Source: Rhizophagus irregularis (lineage: Eukaryota). Taken from it: 64,000 nt of DNA. Location: contig NC_089431.1 in assembly GCF_026210795.1 (NCBI RefSeq), positions 1,984,001 to 2,048,000 of the forward strand, written 5' to 3'. Below the pieces are notes generated by a model that was not told the origin of the DNA, made no database searches, and saw only the letters and a program-made list of their open reading frames with translations. Shown in pieces: positions 60,732 to 64,000 of the stretch (positions are counted from its first letter, which is position 1; each line of letters begins with the position of its first letter). Made by a program: the position numbers and the translations under genes.

Positions 60732-63282
60732 ATGGAAATCGATAAGAACTGTACCAATACTGCATCAGTTGAAACTTCTGATCAGTATATTAATGTAAAT
60801 AATAAAACCGATCAGAAAGAGAACAATGCGGCAATTCGTTTACCCCGTAAAGAGTTTAGAAAGCTCATGAAAAAGCAACGCAAAAAAAACGCTCGAATTG
60901 AAGCAGCTAAGGCTAAACAACAAGGACAAGAGGAGGAAGAAGAAACTCCTGAAGAAGTTATGGAAACAATAAAAGCTGAAGAAAAAAAGAGGTTCGACAT
61001 ATTAAATACAATTAATATAATAATTTTTTTATTTTATTATAAAATTCTTAAAACAAAAAAAGAAATGCAGAGAGGATATTATGGGAAGTTCGAGAACGAC
61101 AAATCAATCAAGCTAATGCAGAAAAAAAGAAAAAACAAGAGGAAAATGAGAGGATGAAAAAAATAATACAGGTAATTACTTTTTAAATACTAATTTTTAT
61201 TATAATTCTAATGATATCTTTAATTATAGGAAAATTGGGAAAAAACGATTAAAAATATAAAAATACCGAAATCCATCAATGAAGTAACAATTAACAATAA
61301 AAATCTTACAAATCAACAAACTGAATTGGTATTTAATTGATTTAGCTTTTAAACCCCGTTTAAAATCGAGAAATATTGAATTTCCCTAAACGTATATATT
61401 TTTGAAGGGTACATCAGCTATATCTCCATCCGTAACTTCTGTCCAAGAAGATTCAAGCGAAAAAACTGATTATGGAACCGAGAAAGTATCGTATCCTATA
61501 TTTAATATTAAATAACTGTCTTGATTATTTTCAGATTTTGTCTTATATGATTCATAATACAATTTCATAACAAATTATTCTTAATTTTGGGAAATATTTA
61601 TTTACAATAACATTAGGACCAAGTTAATTGTCCATTCTATCTCAAAACTGGTGCTTGTCGATATGGCGATTCATGTGGTCGACATCACCAGTATCCTGAA
61701 AAAAGCGTTACTATTTTAGTTAAAAATATGTACGAAGGAATGCCAGTACAATTAGCAGATGAGGATAATGACGATAATTTGGAGGTATGTTACTCCAAAC
61801 ATCTTAATGCATGTCGCGATATTATCGTCGGAAAACTTTTTGGAATTAAACGTAGTAGTGATTTTTTTTATTAATACAAGGAAGATGAATTTGGTTATCA
61901 ATTATTTGAAGGACTTTATCATTGTTCTTCACTGTATCTTTTCTTTTTACATGATATAATCTCTTCTAAGTCTAAATGAATCCTTGACAAATTAATTACG
62001 ATTATTACATATTTGAAAACAACTCTATATTACATTTCGGACGATTCTTTTTTTTTTAGTATGACGAAGTTGAAGCTGAGAGACATTATTTCGAATTTTT
62101 CGAAGACGTTCATACGGAATTTCGACAATATGGGACTATTGTGCAATTCAAGGTAATGATTCGATAAGTCTCTTTCATATTGGCCGAATATTAATTTTAT
62201 CATATAAAATTCAGGTTTGTAACAATTTTCAATTACATCTACGTGGAAATGTATATGTACAATATTCAAATGAAGATGAGGCAAAACGGGCGATCGAAAA
62301 TATCAGAGGAAGATGGTATGCTGGAAAACAGTTATTATGTGAATATTGTCCAGTAACCAAATGGAAACCTGCGATATGCGGTAATTACATATATATTATT
62401 AATCATTCTAGTTTGTAATATTTAAATTAATATGTATTTTCGTATTATATTCATCAATATTTTGGGTTTTGAATATCAGGATACTATCAAAGAAACCAAT
62501 GTCCAAAAGGAATTCAATGTAATTTTTTACATGTATATAAAAATCCCGGAGGATTATATTCAGATGCAGATAGAGACTTCGAAGATAAACGTTCAGGTTC
62601 TTAATTTTTGTGAATCTCAAATTATAAAATACGTTTTATATTAATTTTATGGTTTTTATTGACAGATTTTATTATGGCTATCGAGAATTCTTCTAATATT
62701 ACTGTTTCTACAGCTGTAAATAAATCGTTTCCAGAGTCAACTGTTAATTCTACCGAGTCCTCAAAAAGATCTCGATCGTCCAGCTCAGATAGGAGCGATT
62801 CACATCACTCTATAGTGAAACGTAATAGTAAAAATTCTCGGCGGAAAAATCGATCGAAATCACGATCGAGATCTCATTCTCGTTCTCCACCTCTGCGATC
62901 CAACGACAAATATCGTTATCGTCATAATTACAAGCGTGACAATCGTTATCATAATGAACGTGATGAACACCACCACCACCATCACCACCACCATCGAAGT
63001 CGACATCATAAAAAGAGTGATCGTGATTTAGACGAATCGCGTTCTCACTGGAACCGTCATCGTGGTCATTGGGATAGAAAGCCTGATTATTATGACATGA
63101 ATGTTGATAAAAAAAACAAGAAAGACAGAAATGAAAATGATCGAAAAATACAACGGCGTGATTCAAAACGAGATAATAGAAAAAATTCTAGAACTAATAA
63201 GAATGAGAATCAATCATCTGATGACTCTATTGTCTCTTCTACTTACAATATTAGAGAAAATGGTAAGATTTCTGATGAATAA
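60732..63282 (+). CDS. ZRSR2: ZRSR2/Urp U2AF35-related splicing factor (CCCH-UHM-CCCH-RS)
   Basis: Long charged N-terminus [84 protein letters not shown] tail with His9. Confidence 0.87.
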
Positions 63283-64000
63283 TATATATAGTAAATACTG
63301 TCAATGTACTGTATAATATGGAATCACCGAACTTATTCGTTTTGACAATAAAATGTTAAATGTAGTTCATTAAAAATTTGTTACTTGAAAGCGAGTTTAA
63401 TTATTTTTGTATTAAAAAACAAAAGTATATATTCTTTATATTCTTAGTGTCTTTATTGATTAAATATAATATATACAGTATCTACAATATATAATTTCAA
63501 AACAACATTTAAAGAAAGCAATATGAAGAAAGCGTATGTTATTTAGCGAGCCACAATTTTTTTGAAGAAGTTGAGGTTACACAATTCAGATTTACACTTT
63601 ATAAGCCAAAGCATTATTGTCAGGACCATTTTTTTCTTGGATATAAAGAGTATTATTGTATGCATATTGTATTCATCCCACATATGAGACTACAAAAACC
63701 TGAAGAAATATCAGTATCTGATGGATGCTTGTCCAGGTGACCTTGAAAGAATCCAGATCATCCACGAATTTCGAACAGATTTATAATTATAAAGAGTTTC
63801 AGAAAACAGATGTTTGGTACATGCACATATATTATACTTGAATTTATGAGCGCCATCTTAAAATTTGAATGGAGAGATACAATGAAGAAAAAAAGAAATA
63901 TAATGTACCAATAGCTTTTATGATTTTAAAGTTATATATTATTAACCAACAAATCATTCTTTTCTTTTGCCACTATGTCGAAATTTACCAAATTCTTTCA

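Noticed and set aside
63520..64000. Possible coding remnant at the window end
   Set aside because: Frames are interrupted by stops and no family is recognisable; insufficient support for a feature.

Overview
Very AT-rich, intron-rich fungal DNA. Gene content and intron style suggest an early-diverging fungus, probably Glomeromycotina (inference). 1-5 kb: a divergent pair, a Reeler-domain membrane protein and a ferric reductase. 5-18.7 kb: a gene-free zone of nested non-autonomous mobile elements (several MITEs with intact TIRs/TSDs, a Helentron-type element, two long tRNA-headed SINE-like elements). 19-28 kb: STE20/PAK, a type I DnaJ and a TAF3-like histone-fold+PHD gene. 28-35 kb: decayed sequence. 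35-63.3 kb: dense housekeeping block (UPF0658, AIR-like, CTP1, SED5, ELF1, PTC7, DDX42, H3, VDAC, AP-4 mu, AP-1 sigma, Ctr, glycine-rich RRM, FAM206A/Abitram, ZRSR2). Best leads: (1) a ~1.06-kb highly structured, tRNA-headed, poly(A)-tailed retroposon sharing a core motif with a second one; (2) a candidate U11/U12-signal-linked poison exon in ZRSR2; (3) a poison 3' splice site in the glycine-rich RRM gene; (4) the Reeler/ferric-reductase and AP-4 mu/AP-1 sigma head-to-head pairs. Exon boundaries were read by eye and no searches were run.
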